Assembly (NCBI GenBank): GCA_963775425.1
Contig: CAVZJB010000009.1
Location: forward strand, 172,485-236,484
Source of the DNA: an uncultured delta proteobacterium
GTDB lineage: Bacteria; Myxococcota; UBA727; VGSZ01
Length of the DNA stretch: 64,000 bases
Direction of reading: 5' to 3'
Shown here: piece by piece, positions 1 to 9,866 of the stretch
How the letters are laid out: every line of letters starts with the position of its first letter
Position numbering within the stretch: position 1 is the first letter of the stretch
Notes under the pieces: generated by a model
What the model saw: only the letters and a program-made list of their open reading frames with translations
The model's database searches: none
What the model was told of the DNA's origin: nothing
Translations under genes and position numbers: made by a program

Positions 1-62
1 GCTGTCGGAGGTCATCGGGTTCTCTATGGCATCCGAGACGCCGCGGCGCTACCTAGGGTTCC

Positions 63-581
63 ATGCGCACGCCCTTGATCTTCGCCGCCGCCCTCTCCCT
101 CCTCGCCCTCGCCGGCTGCCCCAAGTCCGAAGAGACCGGCGACTTCGGCCCCGCCAAGCCCGTGAAGAACAACGGCACCCTCGGCAACAAGCCCATCACC
201 GATGCCGCGCCGGCGGCGCCGGACTTCGAGCACTCCGTCGACGTCGCGCCCGCCTTCGACAAGGCGAGCAACACGCTCACGGTCACCCTCAAGCTCAAGC
301 CGGGCTTTCACGCCTACGCCCCGGGCGAAGAGGTCGGCAAGCCCGTGGAGCTCGCCGTGGACGCGCCCTGGACCGTCGACGGCGCCGTCAACATCCCCAA
401 GGGCACGCCCAAGGACATGGGCGAGCTCGGCAAGAGCGTCATCCTCGAGGGCGACGTCCCCTTGAGCGCCAAGCTCAAGGGCGGCAGCGGTGAGATCAAG
501 GGCGTCGTGACGGCCCAGGTGTGCACCGACAAGGCCTGCGACCGCCCGAAGAAGCACCCGTTCTCCGTGCCCGCGGCGTGA
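63..581 (+). CDS. Lipoprotein with DsbD N-terminal-like (thiol:disulfide interchange) domain
   Basis: ATG at 63. Signal peptide with lipobox [19 protein letters not shown] and [11 protein letters not shown] resemble the GWHxYW...QaCxDxxC pattern of DsbD N-terminal domains. Track ORF 63..581. Confidence 0.6.
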   Translation: MRTPLIFAAALSLLALAGCPKSEETGDFGPAKPVKNNGTLGNKPITDAAPAAPDFEHSVDVAPAFDKASNTLTVTLKLKPGFHAYAPGEEVGKPVELAVDAPWTVDGAVNIPKGTPKDMGELGKSVILEGDVPLSAKLKGGSGEIKGVVTAQVCTDKACDRPKKHPFSVPAA

Positions 582-588
582 GGTCCCC

Positions 589-2733
589 ATGGCGGCTCGT
601 GACGACGGCGGCGCTCAGGGCGCGGTGCCGCCGAAGAAGCTCTGGCCGCTCGAGAGGGCGGCGGCGGTGACGGAGCAGGCGGCGCGGGAGGACCCGGGCC
701 CTGGTTTGCGCACGCCCGCGCAGTTCAAGCTCGTCTCCGAGTACCAGCCCCAGGGCGATCAGCCCGCGGCCATCGATCAGCTCGTGGACGGCGTGAACCG
801 CGGCCACAAGCACCAGGTGCTCCTCGGCGTCACCGGGTCGGGCAAGACGTTCACGATGGCCAACGTCGTCGCCCGCACCAACCGGCCGACGCTCGTGCTC
901 GCGCACAACAAGACGCTCGCGGCGCAGCTCTATCAGGAGATCAAGGCGTTCTTCCCAGAAAACGCCGTCGAGTACTTCGTCAGCTACTACGACTACTACC
1001 AGCCCGAGGCCTACGTCCCGTCGACGGACACGTACATCGAGAAGGACTCGCTCATCAACGAGACCATCGATCGGATGCGGCACTCGGCCACCAAGAGCCT
1101 GCTCGAGAGAAACGACGTCATCATCGTCGCGTCGGTGAGCTGCATCTACGGCATCGGCTCGCGCGAGAGCTACAAGGAGATGACGGCGTATGTCGAGGTC
1201 GGCCGCCCGCTGAACCGCGACCAGTTCCTGCGCCAGCTCGTCGAGAGCCAATTCGAGAGGAACGACGTCTCGTTCGCCCGCGGCACCTTCCGCGTCCGGG
1301 GCGACACCGTCGAGGTGTTCCCCGCCGACGAAGAGGAGCACGCGCTGCGCATCTCCTTCTTCGGCGACGAGGTGGAGTCCATCGTCGAGACCGATCCGCT
1401 GCGCGGACGCACCTTGCGCGAGCTGCCGTTCGTCACCATCTGGCCCGCCTCGCACTACGCGATGAACAAGGACCGGATGAAGCGCACGCTCGACGCCATC
1501 CGCGACGAGCTGCGCGAGCGCCTCCAGGAGCTGCGCGCCCAGAACCTGCTGCTCGAGGCCCAGCGCCTGGAGCAGCGCACGCTGTACGACCTCGAGATGC
1601 TCGAGGCCACGGGCCAGTGCAAGGGCATCGAGAACTACTCGCGTCACCTCACCGGCCGGAGCCCCGGCGAGCCGCCGCCCACGCTGCTCGACTACTTCCC
1701 GCGCGACTTCCTGCTCGTCGTCGACGAGAGCCACCAGAGCGTCCCGCAGGTGCGCGGCATGTACTTCGGCGATCGCTCGCGCAAGGAGACGCTGGTGCGC
1801 TACGGCTTCCGGCTGCCGAGCGCGCTCGACAACCGCCCGCTCAAGTTCGAGGAGTTCGACGGCCACATCCACCAGGCGGTCTACGTCTCGGCCACCCCCG
1901 CCGAGTACGAGGTCGAGAAGGCCGAGGGCGTCCTCGTCGAGCAGCTCATCCGCCCCACCGGCCTGCTCGATCCGCTCGTGGAGATCCGCCCGGTGGCGTC
2001 GCAGGTGGACGACCTCATCGCGGAGGCCAAGAAGGTGGTGGCGTCCGGCGACCGCGTCCTCGTCACCACGCTCACCAAGCGCATGGCAGAGGACCTCACC
2101 GAGTACCTCGTCGAGGTCGGCGTCAAGGCGCGCTACCTCCACTCGGACATCGACACCCTCGAGCGCATCGAGATCCTCTCCGCGCTCCGCCGCGGGGAGT
2201 ACGACGTCCTCGTCGGCATCAACCTCCTGCGCGAGGGTCTCGACCTGCCCGAGGTCTCGCTCGTCGCCATTCTCGACGCCGACAAGGAGGGCTTCCTCCG
2301 CGCGGCCACGGGCCTCATCCAGACCATCGGGCGCGCGGCGCGCAACGATCACGGCCGCGTCATCCTCTACGCCGACACCATGACCGACTCCATCAACGCC
2401 GCCGTCTCGGAGACCGGGCGCCGTCGCGCGATCCAGGAGGAGTACAACAAGCGGCACGGCATCACGCCCACCACCATCCAGAAGGCCGTTCGCGCAAACC
2501 CCCAGATCGCCTACGCCGAGATGGACTACCTCGACGTCGACGCCGCGCGCGCCACCCCCGGCCGCAAGAAGGGCAGGAAGGCGCGCGCCGAGGAGGTGGA
2601 CCCGGCCGAGCTGCCGGCGCTCCTCGACAAGCTCAGGAAAGAGATGCGCGCCGCCGCCGCCGACATGGAATTCGAGCGCGCCGCGGAGTTGCGCGACCGC
2701 ATCCGCGGCCTCGAGTCACGCGCGCTCCTTTGA
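589..2733 (+). CDS. uvrB: Excinuclease ABC subunit B (UvrB)
   Basis: [18 protein letters not shown], Walker [24 protein letters not shown] and a C-terminal UvrB/UvrC-interaction motif. The roughly 45 aa N-terminal extension is unusual, so the true start may differ. Confidence 0.93.
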   Translation: MAARDDGGAQGAVPPKKLWPLERAAAVTEQAAREDPGPGLRTPAQFKLVSEYQPQGDQPAAIDQLVDGVNRGHKHQVLLGVTGSGKTFTMANVVARTNRPTLVLAHNKTLAAQLYQEIKAFFPENAVEYFVSYYDYYQPEAYVPSTDTYIEKDSLINETIDRMRHSATKSLLERNDVIIVASVSCIYGIGSRESYKEMTAYVEVGRPLNRDQFLRQLVESQFERNDVSFARGTFRVRGDTVEVFPADEEEHALRISFFGDEVESIVETDPLRGRTLRELPFVTIWPASHYAMNKDRMKRTLDAIRDELRERLQELRAQNLLLEAQRLEQRTLYDLEMLEATGQCKGIENYSRHLTGRSPGEPPPTLLDYFPRDFLLVVDESHQSVPQVRGMYFGDRSRKETLVRYGFRLPSALDNRPLKFEEFDGHIHQAVYVSATPAEYEVEKAEGVLVEQLIRPTGLLDPLVEIRPVASQVDDLIAEAKKVVASGDRVLVTTLTKRMAEDLTEYLVEVGVKARYLHSDIDTLERIEILSALRRGEYDVLVGINLLREGLDLPEVSLVAILDADKEGFLRAATGLIQTIGRAARNDHGRVILYADTMTDSINAAVSETGRRRAIQEEYNKRHGITPTTIQKAVRANPQIAYAEMDYLDVDAARATPGRKKGRKARAEEVDPAELPALLDKLRKEMRAAAADMEFERAAELRDRIRGLESRALL

Positions 2734-2779
2734 CGTCGAGGGCCGCTTTTCAGCACGGCGCGCCACGCGCGCGATGCCC

Positions 2780-3256
2780 TCATCGATCGAGCGCGTCGAC
2801 GGCCTGCGCCTGCGCCTGCGTGGCGCGGTCGGCGGCGGCGGCGGCGGCGCGCGCCTGGTGGACGGCGTCCGCCGGGAACGCGACGAGGCCGCCGTCGCCG
2901 AGGCCGGCGCTGCGCATCACCCAGCCGAAGTAGAGCGCGCCGAGGAGGGCGACGCCGGCGGCGAGCCCGGCGGCGCGCAGCAAGAGCCGGCGGCCGCGGC
3001 GGCGGCCGCGCGCGAGGCCGACGGCGGCGACGACGACGAGGGCGGCGCCGGCGCCGACGGCGGCCGAGGGCAGGTGCACGCCGCCCACGACGGCGGGCAC
3101 GTGCACGACCGGAGCGGGCCGCGCGCCGGGATCGAAGAGCGCGGCGTGCTCGCGGTACGCCGGCGGGATGGAGGCGTAGTCGTTGGTGACGACGTCGCGG
3201 CCCCGGTCGTCCTGGTAACGGAAGAAGAACGTCGCGTCGCCGGCGTCGTCGGCCAT
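2780..3256 (-). CDS. DUF4124-like membrane protein
   Basis: ATG (rc of cat 3254-3256). C-terminal FFFRYQDDRGRDVVTNDYASIP matches the DUF4124 F-Y-x-D-x-G motif. Hydrophobic central segment. Confidence 0.55.
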   Translation of the reverse strand: MADDAGDATFFFRYQDDRGRDVVTNDYASIPPAYREHAALFDPGARPAPVVHVPAVVGGVHLPSAAVGAGAALVVVAAVGLARGRRRGRRLLLRAAGLAAGVALLGALYFGWVMRSAGLGDGGLVAFPADAVHQARAAAAAADRATQAQAQAVDALDR

Positions 3257-3268
3257 CGAGGGCGTTCG

Positions 3269-4066
3269 TCAGCCCAACAGCTCGAACCCGCCGGCCGCCC
3301 GGAGCGTGAGGTTCTGCCACGGTGCGAAGTTGTTCTCGCGGAAGCGCAGCCCGAACTCGTCGGCGCCGGGATCGAGCAGCTTGAGCTCGACGAACATGTT
3401 GCCCTTCTTGGTGCCGCGCAGATCGATCTCGGCACCGTCGGGCGCGTGGAGCACCGCGTCCTCCGAAAGGGCGTAGCCCCGCTCCTTCAGCGCCTTCAGC
3501 GTGGTCCCCGTGGTGGTGAGCTGTGTCACCTGACCGTTCAGGAGCGGGTTCTTCACCCGCCACAGCTCCATGTCCCCGACGAGGGTCTTGTCCGCCGGCG
3601 GCACGACGGAGGCGCCGCCGTGCGCCTTGTCCGCCTCGAAGCGCGACGCTTCCGGGACGTGGCCGCCGACGTCGGCGAGGCTCACCGAGGTGATCTCGCC
3701 GATGCCGCGCTCGCCCGACTCGCGCGCGCGGATGTCGACGGTGAACGGCTTGTTCGGCGACACGTCGAGGCTGACCTCCTCGTTCGCCTTGGCGGTCCCG
3801 CGCAGGTCGATGTCGCCCGAAGGGGTGTGCACGACGCCGTCGTCACCGAGGGTCAAGCCGGCCTGGGCGAGCATGCGCTGCGCCGCCGGGCTGACGCTGA
3901 TGGCGGTGTCGCGCGCGCCGCGGAACCCGGGGTGGTCGTTCTTGGCCGCGAGGTGTTGCGCGACGAAGTTGCGCCCGGCGGGAAAGGCGAACGCGCGCTC
4001 GGCCCGGTTGTCGCGCAGCGGCAGACTGGTCTTTTGTTGTGCCTTGTCGAGCGCGCGGAGCTTCAT
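3269..4066 (-). CDS. Hypothetical protein with two internal about 100 aa repeats
   Basis: ATG at 4066 (rc). Two copies of a segment with G(D/A)IDLRGT(A/K)K(A/G)N ... LKxL. No signal peptide. Family not recognised. Confidence 0.55.
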   Translation of the reverse strand: MKLRALDKAQQKTSLPLRDNRAERAFAFPAGRNFVAQHLAAKNDHPGFRGARDTAISVSPAAQRMLAQAGLTLGDDGVVHTPSGDIDLRGTAKANEEVSLDVSPNKPFTVDIRARESGERGIGEITSVSLADVGGHVPEASRFEADKAHGGASVVPPADKTLVGDMELWRVKNPLLNGQVTQLTTTGTTLKALKERGYALSEDAVLHAPDGAEIDLRGTKKGNMFVELKLLDPGADEFGLRFRENNFAPWQNLTLRAAGGFELLG

Positions 4067-4155
4067 CGTCGTTCCCCTGCCGAGAGGCCGAGCCTAGCAG
4101 AGGCGCCCCGGCATGGGGGGAGCGTGTCGCGGGCTTGCCTGGTAGGATGCGCCCC

Positions 4156-5289
4156 ATGAAGTCCCGCATCGACTCGACTGCAGCGCGCCCGCTCCCTGCG
4201 GTCGCAATCGCGCTGCTCGCCGCCCTCGTGAGCGTCCCCGCGCTGGCCGGCCACGTGGACCGCGAGCGCAACAAGAAGGCCCCCGTCGTCGCCGTCTTCC
4301 CGTTCAAGGTGCTGAACAAGGAAGACAAATTCCAGTCCTACGGCGAGGGTGCGGCCGAGGCCATCATCAACAAGATCGTCAACGACAAGTCGTTGCGCAT
4401 CGTCGAGGAGAGCCAGCTCGACAAGGCCATCAACGCCCTCGCGCGCAACCAGACCGGCTTGTTCGAAGAGGAGAGCGCGCTCGCCGTGGGCCAGATGGTG
4501 GACGCCCGCTTCATCATCATCGGCAGCGTGCAGGTGGTGGCCGATCAGGTCGCCGTCACGTCGCGGCTGCTCGAGGTGGAGACGCGGCAACTGCTGGCCA
4601 GCTCGCGCAGCACGCAGCCCATGGCCAACATCTTCGGCGCCTATGACGAGGTGGCGGCGCAGATGCTCTCGCGCATGACCTTCCACCTCTCGCAGCGCAT
4701 CACCGCCGGCGAGAGCGCCGACGAGATCGCGGTGCGCCAGCTCATCGAGGACGCCAAGGCGTTCGACCCGCAGTTCCCGCCGGCCAAGAGCGCCAAGGGC
4801 GGCGACCTGCCCAAGGACCTGGCGCGCGCCCTCGCGCTCTACAACAAGGCGGTGCTGCGCGATCCCAGGAGCGCCGTCGCGCAGCTCGCCCTCGGCGACG
4901 CCGAGGGCCGCATGAGCGCCGCCATCGCCCGCGCCGACGCCACCCGCTCGCGGCAGCTCCTCGAGAGCGCGCGCGATCACCTCTCGACGTCCACCAACCT
5001 CGACAAGAACAACGTGTTCGCCTGGACCCAGCTCGGGCGTGCCGAGGGCCGGCTGCAGAACCACAGCGCCGCCGAGCTCGCCTTCCGCAACGCGCTCGCC
5101 GTCGACGCCAACTTCGTCGCCGCCCGCTACGGCCTCGCCGTGGCCCTGTTGAACGTGGGCAACCTCCAGGAGGCCCGCGAGAACGCCGCCCAGGCCAAGC
5201 AGGGCGGCGATCCCCGCGCCGCCGGCCTCCTCGGGCAGATCAACCAGCGCATCGCCGCCGAGCGCCAGAAGCCCAACCCACCGAAATAG
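4156..5289 (+). CDS. Secreted CsgG/LpoB-like-fold domain protein with C-terminal TPR repeats
   Basis: In-frame ATG at 4147 or 4156. Signal peptide AVAIALLAALVSVPALA. PVVAVFPFKVLN ... FIIIGSV matches the CsgG/FlgO/LpoB-type fold. TPR-like helices in the C-terminal half. Confidence 0.6.
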   Translation: MKSRIDSTAARPLPAVAIALLAALVSVPALAGHVDRERNKKAPVVAVFPFKVLNKEDKFQSYGEGAAEAIINKIVNDKSLRIVEESQLDKAINALARNQTGLFEEESALAVGQMVDARFIIIGSVQVVADQVAVTSRLLEVETRQLLASSRSTQPMANIFGAYDEVAAQMLSRMTFHLSQRITAGESADEIAVRQLIEDAKAFDPQFPPAKSAKGGDLPKDLARALALYNKAVLRDPRSAVAQLALGDAEGRMSAAIARADATRSRQLLESARDHLSTSTNLDKNNVFAWTQLGRAEGRLQNHSAAELAFRNALAVDANFVAARYGLAVALLNVGNLQEARENAAQAKQGGDPRAAGLLGQINQRIAAERQKPNPPK

Positions 5290-5336
5290 TCCCGGCCGGG
5301 CTTGCGACCCCGCGGGCGCTCAGGCATCGAACGCGT

Positions 5337-5810
5337 ATGGCCAAGAGCATCGCCGTCGGCGACCGCGTCGCTTCCTTCGAGCTGCCCGATCAACACGGAA
5401 AGGTCGTCAAGCTCGACGACCTCCTCGGCAAGGGTCCGCTCGTGTTCTTCTTCTATCCGAAGGACGAGACCCCCGTGTGCACGCGCGAGGCGTGCAGCTT
5501 CCGCGACGCCCACGACGAGCTGCAGCAGGCCGGCGCCGCCGTCTTCGGCGTGAGCGGAGACTCCGTCGAGTCGCACGCGAGCTTCGCCGAGCACCACAAG
5601 CTCACCTACCCGCTCCTCGCCGACCCCGGGGACAAGGTGCGGGACGGCGTGTTCGGCGTGCCGCGCGGGCTGCTCGGCCTCACCGCAGGCCGCTCCACCT
5701 ACGTGCTCGACAAGGACGGCGTCGTGCGGCACGTGCACAAGGCCCAGCTCGAAGCCCAGTCCCACGTCGACGAGGCGTTGGCCGTGGTGAAGAAGCTCGC
5801 GAACGGATAA
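5337..5810 (+). CDS. bcp: Peroxiredoxin, Bcp-type thiol peroxidase
   Basis: FFFYPKDETPVCTREAC peroxidatic Cys motif, about 157 aa, ATG at 5337. Confidence 0.9.
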   Translation: MAKSIAVGDRVASFELPDQHGKVVKLDDLLGKGPLVFFFYPKDETPVCTREACSFRDAHDELQQAGAAVFGVSGDSVESHASFAEHHKLTYPLLADPGDKVRDGVFGVPRGLLGLTAGRSTYVLDKDGVVRHVHKAQLEAQSHVDEALAVVKKLANG

Positions 5811-5818
5811 GGAACCTC

Positions 5819-6805
5819 ATGACCGCCCACAACGTCGTCATCATCGGCTCGGGGCCCGCGGGGTGGACCGCGGCGCTCTACACCGCCCGCGCCAACCTCT
5901 CGCCCATCGTGTTCGAGGGCTCCGTGCCCAACCTGCCCGGCGGCCAGCTCATGATCACGAGCGACGTCGAGAATTACCCGGGCTTCCCGGAGGGCATCAA
6001 AGGCCCCGAGATGATGGACCGCTTCAAGAAGCAGGCGGAGCGCTTCGGGACCACCGTGAAGAGCGAGAACATCGCCGCCGTGGACTTCTCCAAGCGGCCG
6101 TTCACGCTCACCACCGAGGAAGGCGAGACCCTCACGGCGCACGCCGTCATCATCGCCACCGGCGCCAACGCCAAGCTCCTCGGCATCGACAAGGAGAAGG
6201 ACCTGATGTCCTCCGGCGCCGGCGTCTCCGCCTGCGCCACCTGCGACGGCGCGCTCTACAAGGGCGAGGAGCTGGCGGTGGTGGGCGGCGGCGACACGGC
6301 CATGGAGGAGGCGCTGTTCCTCACGCGCTACGCGTCCAAGGTCACCCTCGTGCACCGCCGTGAGGAGTTCCGCGCCTCCAAGGTCATGCTCGAGCGCGCG
6401 CGCAGCAACCCGAAGATCGCGTGGGAGCTCAACGCCGTCGTCGACGAGATCCTCACCGAGAAGAAGAAGATGGGCATCTTCGAGCGCGACGCGCTCGTGG
6501 CCTTGCGCCTCAAGAACACCAAGGACGGCGGCACCAAGGACATCGCCGTGGGCGGCCTCTTCGTCGCCATCGGCCACGAGCCCAACGTCTCGCTGTTCAA
6601 GGAGCACCTGAAGCTCGACGACAAGGGGTACCTCGCCGTCACGCCGGGCACCACGCGCGCCACGGCCAGGTCCGGCCAGTGGCTCGACGGGGTGTTCGCC
6701 TGCGGCGACGTGCAGGACAGCTATTACCGCCAGGCCATCACCGCCGCCGGCACAGGCTGCATGGCCGCCATCGACTGCGAGCGCTGGCTCGCCGAGCACC
6801 ACTGA
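5819..6805 (+). CDS. trxB: Thioredoxin-disulfide reductase
   Basis: VIIGSGPAGWTAALY FAD site and redox-active CATCDG. ATG at 5819, 8 nt after the bcp stop. Track ORF 5477..6805 has a spurious N-terminal extension. Confidence 0.92.
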   Translation: MTAHNVVIIGSGPAGWTAALYTARANLSPIVFEGSVPNLPGGQLMITSDVENYPGFPEGIKGPEMMDRFKKQAERFGTTVKSENIAAVDFSKRPFTLTTEEGETLTAHAVIIATGANAKLLGIDKEKDLMSSGAGVSACATCDGALYKGEELAVVGGGDTAMEEALFLTRYASKVTLVHRREEFRASKVMLERARSNPKIAWELNAVVDEILTEKKKMGIFERDALVALRLKNTKDGGTKDIAVGGLFVAIGHEPNVSLFKEHLKLDDKGYLAVTPGTTRATARSGQWLDGVFACGDVQDSYYRQAITAAGTGCMAAIDCERWLAEHH

Positions 6806-7033
6806 AAGGCTGACGAAATAAGGCTCGTGGCAGCACTCGGCGAAGCCGCCCACAAGGTGGCTCGCCGCGCGGAGTACGTGGCGAGGCACGTCGGCGCGGA
6901 CTTGAGGCGGTGAGCTTCGCGAAGGCTAGTAGACAACGTCGCCACCGCCGGAGCTCCTTTCCGCTCCGCCGTGTGGCCGTAGCACCGTCCCCTTCCGGGG
7001 GGCTCGGATCAACGGTCCATCGGGCCAGCCGTC
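6797..7033 (-). mobile_element. MITE-like intergenic repeat, copy A (short variant, inverted orientation)
   Basis: Reverse complement matches both ends of the repeats at 15762..16105 and 28561..29050 (ggaccgttgatccgagcc ... gccgagtgctgc ... gccttatttcgtcagcctttcag). The internal imperfect palindrome of the other copies is missing here. The terminal ctgaa supplies the trxB TGA stop. Confidence 0.7.
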
Positions 7034-7122
7034 GTCGCCACTCCGGCGCTTGAGCGCGCCACCGCGAGGCGCGGGACGCGCCCGCGCCACCGCCTACGAG
7101 GCAGACGGGTCCCCGCCGGGGG

Positions 7123-8343
7123 TCACTCGAGGGGCTTGCCGTCGACGACGGCGTAGCTGCCCGGGGCGAGGTCGGCGGGGACCTTTCGCAGCACGCGGTC
7201 GGCGTTCACGTACAGCCGCACGCCGGCGGGGACGGCGCGGCCGGCCGCGATGACGACGTCGGCACCCACGAAGACCTTGGGTCCGAAGGCGACGCCGCAG
7301 GGGAGCTCGCCCACCTCGCGGAGCCCGCCGTCGTCCTCGACGCGCACCGCGCCGCCTACAGCCAGATCCAGCGGTCGCGCGAACGAGGTCAGCGCGCAGC
7401 CCTGAGCGATGACGCAGGCCTGCACGCCGTTGATGCACGCGTCCGTGTCGCCGAAGGTGACGCACGCCGACAGCGACGAATTCAACGACACGAACGTCCG
7501 CGGTCCGAGCGAGCACCCGCTCACGTGCGCGCGCTGCTCGATGACGCAGCCGTCGCCCAGGACGCTGTTGGTCACGTAGCTGTGCGCGCCCACCGTGACG
7601 TCGTCACCGAGCACGCTCGCCTCCACCGTCGCCGTCGGGTGCACGTACGTCCCCCGGCCGCGGTACGAGAACGCCCGACGCAGCGCGCGCATCCGCCCCG
7701 CCCGCGTCGGCCGCAGCGCCGACAGCCCGCGCAGCGCCGAGCGCACCGGCTGCGACGACGCCCGCTCGAGGAGCGCGACCTGCGGCATCAGGTGACCCGC
7801 GCGCAAGACGTGCAACCAGTGTCGCACGCGCATCACCACCGTCGACGTCACGGGGAACACCATCGTCGACGACTCCCTCCCGAGGATGTGCCGTGGCACC
7901 GGCACCTCGAGGTCGAGCTGCCGGTAGGGCGGCGCCCGCCAGCGCTCGGCACCGAGCGCAAAGACGTCCTTGATGCGCAGGCTCTGGCCCGCGGGGACGA
8001 AGCCGACGTCGTAGCCCGCCTTCCCCTCGTGCGTGTCGACGTCCTGCAGCGGCGAGAACAGCTCGAGCAGGCGGCTGGGCTCCAGGCACAAGCGCGACAG
8101 CTCTCCCGCGGCGGCGGACGCGAACCCCTCGAGCGCGCGCTTGCTCACGAAGACGTCGTCGCTCCACACGATGGCGGGCCCGGTGACGCCGTCGTCGACG
8201 CTCGCCTCCTCGACGGACACCTTCTCGTCGCGCAAGACGCGCTCGCGATACGACGCGAACGTCCCGGCGCCGAGGCCGCACGCGTCCACGTCGCAGCCGA
8301 AGGGCGCGATGGTCCGTCCGCGGCGCACGATGACGACCTTCAT
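7123..8343 (-). CDS. Nucleotidyltransferase-like plus left-handed beta-helix (hexapeptide-repeat) protein, GlmU-like sugar-nucleotide enzyme
   Basis: ATG at 8343 (rc), TGA at 7123. N-terminal MKVVIVRRGRT. C-terminal hexapeptide repeats (VGAHSYVTNSVLGDGCVIEQRAHVSGCSLG...). 41 bp downstream of glmU on the same strand. Track ORF 7123..9708 is a frame artefact upstream. Confidence 0.7.
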   Translation of the reverse strand: MKVVIVRRGRTIAPFGCDVDACGLGAGTFASYRERVLRDEKVSVEEASVDDGVTGPAIVWSDDVFVSKRALEGFASAAAGELSRLCLEPSRLLELFSPLQDVDTHEGKAGYDVGFVPAGQSLRIKDVFALGAERWRAPPYRQLDLEVPVPRHILGRESSTMVFPVTSTVVMRVRHWLHVLRAGHLMPQVALLERASSQPVRSALRGLSALRPTRAGRMRALRRAFSYRGRGTYVHPTATVEASVLGDDVTVGAHSYVTNSVLGDGCVIEQRAHVSGCSLGPRTFVSLNSSLSACVTFGDTDACINGVQACVIAQGCALTSFARPLDLAVGGAVRVEDDGGLREVGELPCGVAFGPKVFVGADVVIAAGRAVPAGVRLYVNADRVLRKVPADLAPGSYAVVDGKPLE

Positions 8344-8387
8344 CGACCGAGCCCCTCCGGGCGGCGAGCGCCCCCCACCGTCGCGCG

Positions 8388-9806
8388 CTACTTCTTGGCG
8401 CGCGCCGCGTTCCTGGCGCGCACCTTCGCCGCTTGGCCTTCCTTGTTCGTCTGCCGCGCGCGCCCGAAGGCCAGGGCGTCGGGCGGCACCTCGTCGGTGA
8501 TGACCGAGCCCGCGGCGACGTACGCGCCGCGCTGGATCTCCACGGGGGCCACCAGGGTCGCGTTGCTGCCGATGAAGACCTCGTCGGCGATGACGGTGGG
8601 GTGCTTGCCGATGCCGTCGTAGTTGCAGGTGATGGTGCCGGCGCCGATGTTGACGCCGCGGCCGATGTCGGCGTCGCCGAGGTACGCGAGGTGGTTGGCC
8701 TTGCTCCCTTTGCCGAGCCGCGTCTTCTTCAGCTCCACGAAGTTGCCGACGTGCGCGCCGTCCTCGAGCACCGCGCCCGGCCTCAGCCGCGCGAACGGCC
8801 CCACGATGCAGCGCGGACCGATGCGAGCGCCGTCGCAGACGCTGTAGGGGTGCACCACCAATCCCTCGTCGACCTGCGTGTCGTGCAGCACGCAGCCCGC
8901 GCCGATCTGCGCTCCCTCGCCGACGGTGGTGTTGCCGGACAACACCGCGTTGGGCCCCACGACGACGTCGTGGTGGAAACGCACGCTGGCGTCGACGTAC
9001 GCGCTCTTCGGGTCCACGAAGGTCACGCCGTCGAGCATGGCGCTGTTGATCACGCGCGCCCGCAAGACCTCGGCGGCCTCGGCGAGCTGGGCGCGGTCGT
9101 TGACGCCGAGGGTCTCGCCCACGGGCACCGCGTACGTCGGCACGCCGCGCCCCTCGGTGCGCGCGAGCGCGACGATGTCCGTGAGGTACAGCTCGCCCTG
9201 CGCGTTGTTCGGCTCGAGCTTGTCGAGCGCGGCGCGGAGGAACGCGGCGTCCACGGCGTAGACGCCCGGGTTGATCTCGTCGACGGCGCGCTCGGCCTCC
9301 GAGGCGTCCCTGTGCTCGACGATGCGTTCGAGGAGGCCGTCGGCGCCGCGCACGATGCGGCCGTAGCCGGTGGGGTCCGGCGCGCGGGCCGTCCACAGCG
9401 CCACCGGAGCGCCCGTTCGCGCGCGCAGGTCCACCAGCCCCGCCAGGTGCTGGCCGGTCAGGAGCGGGCAGTCGCCGTAGACGAGGAGCACCGTGCCGGT
9501 GAAGCCCTCGAGGAGCGGCAGCGCCATCCGCGCCGCGTGCCCGGTGCCCTTGAGCTCGGTCTGGTGCACCGTCTTCACCCGGTTGCCGAAGCGACCGGCC
9601 AGCTCCGCGTCCACGAGGTCGTGCCGGTGGCCGGTGACGACGACGACGGGCGACGCCCCCACGACGAGGACGGACTCCACGGGCCAGGAGACGAGGGGTT
9701 TTCCGCACGCCGGGTGCAGCACCTTGGGGATCGCGCTCTTCATGCGCGTGCCCTTGCCGGCGGCGAGGACGACGGCGGCGACGGGCCCGGACGGGTTGGT
9801 GGCCAT
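8388..9806 (-). CDS. glmU: Bifunctional UDP-N-acetylglucosamine pyrophosphorylase / glucosamine-1-phosphate N-acetyltransferase
   Basis: ATG at 9806 (MATNPSGPVAAVVLAAGKGTRM), LAAGxGTRM nucleotidyltransferase motif, C-terminal hexapeptide acetyltransferase domain, about 472 aa. Track ORF 8388..11018 is over-extended. Confidence 0.93.
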   Translation of the reverse strand: MATNPSGPVAAVVLAAGKGTRMKSAIPKVLHPACGKPLVSWPVESVLVVGASPVVVVTGHRHDLVDAELAGRFGNRVKTVHQTELKGTGHAARMALPLLEGFTGTVLLVYGDCPLLTGQHLAGLVDLRARTGAPVALWTARAPDPTGYGRIVRGADGLLERIVEHRDASEAERAVDEINPGVYAVDAAFLRAALDKLEPNNAQGELYLTDIVALARTEGRGVPTYAVPVGETLGVNDRAQLAEAAEVLRARVINSAMLDGVTFVDPKSAYVDASVRFHHDVVVGPNAVLSGNTTVGEGAQIGAGCVLHDTQVDEGLVVHPYSVCDGARIGPRCIVGPFARLRPGAVLEDGAHVGNFVELKKTRLGKGSKANHLAYLGDADIGRGVNIGAGTITCNYDGIGKHPTVIADEVFIGSNATLVAPVEIQRGAYVAAGSVITDEVPPDALAFGRARQTNKEGQAAKVRARNAARAKK

Positions 9807-9828
9807 GACGCGCAACATAGGCGGTGAT

Positions 9829-9857
9829 TTGACGCGGGGCCAGACACGCGGAATAAC
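9829..9857 (+). promoter_or_regulatory. Candidate sigma70-like promoter in the divergent glmU / DUF4388 intergenic region
   Basis: TTGACG (9829-9834), 17 nt spacer, AATAAC (9852-9857), 10 nt before the ATG at 9867. Weak -10. Sequence-only guess. Confidence 0.2.
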
Positions 9858-9866
9858 TCCGAGGCG

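Noticed and set aside
496-2457. 653 aa minus-strand ORF antisense to uvrB
   Set aside because: uvrB on the plus strand is unambiguous. The antisense translation is low-complexity.
7123-9708. 861 aa minus-strand ORF spanning the nucleotidyltransferase gene and glmU
   Set aside because: Frame artefact of GC-rich sequence. Only the C-terminal 406 codons (from the ATG at 8343) look like a real protein. The rest overlaps glmU in another frame with Arg/Gly/Pro-rich low-complexity translation.
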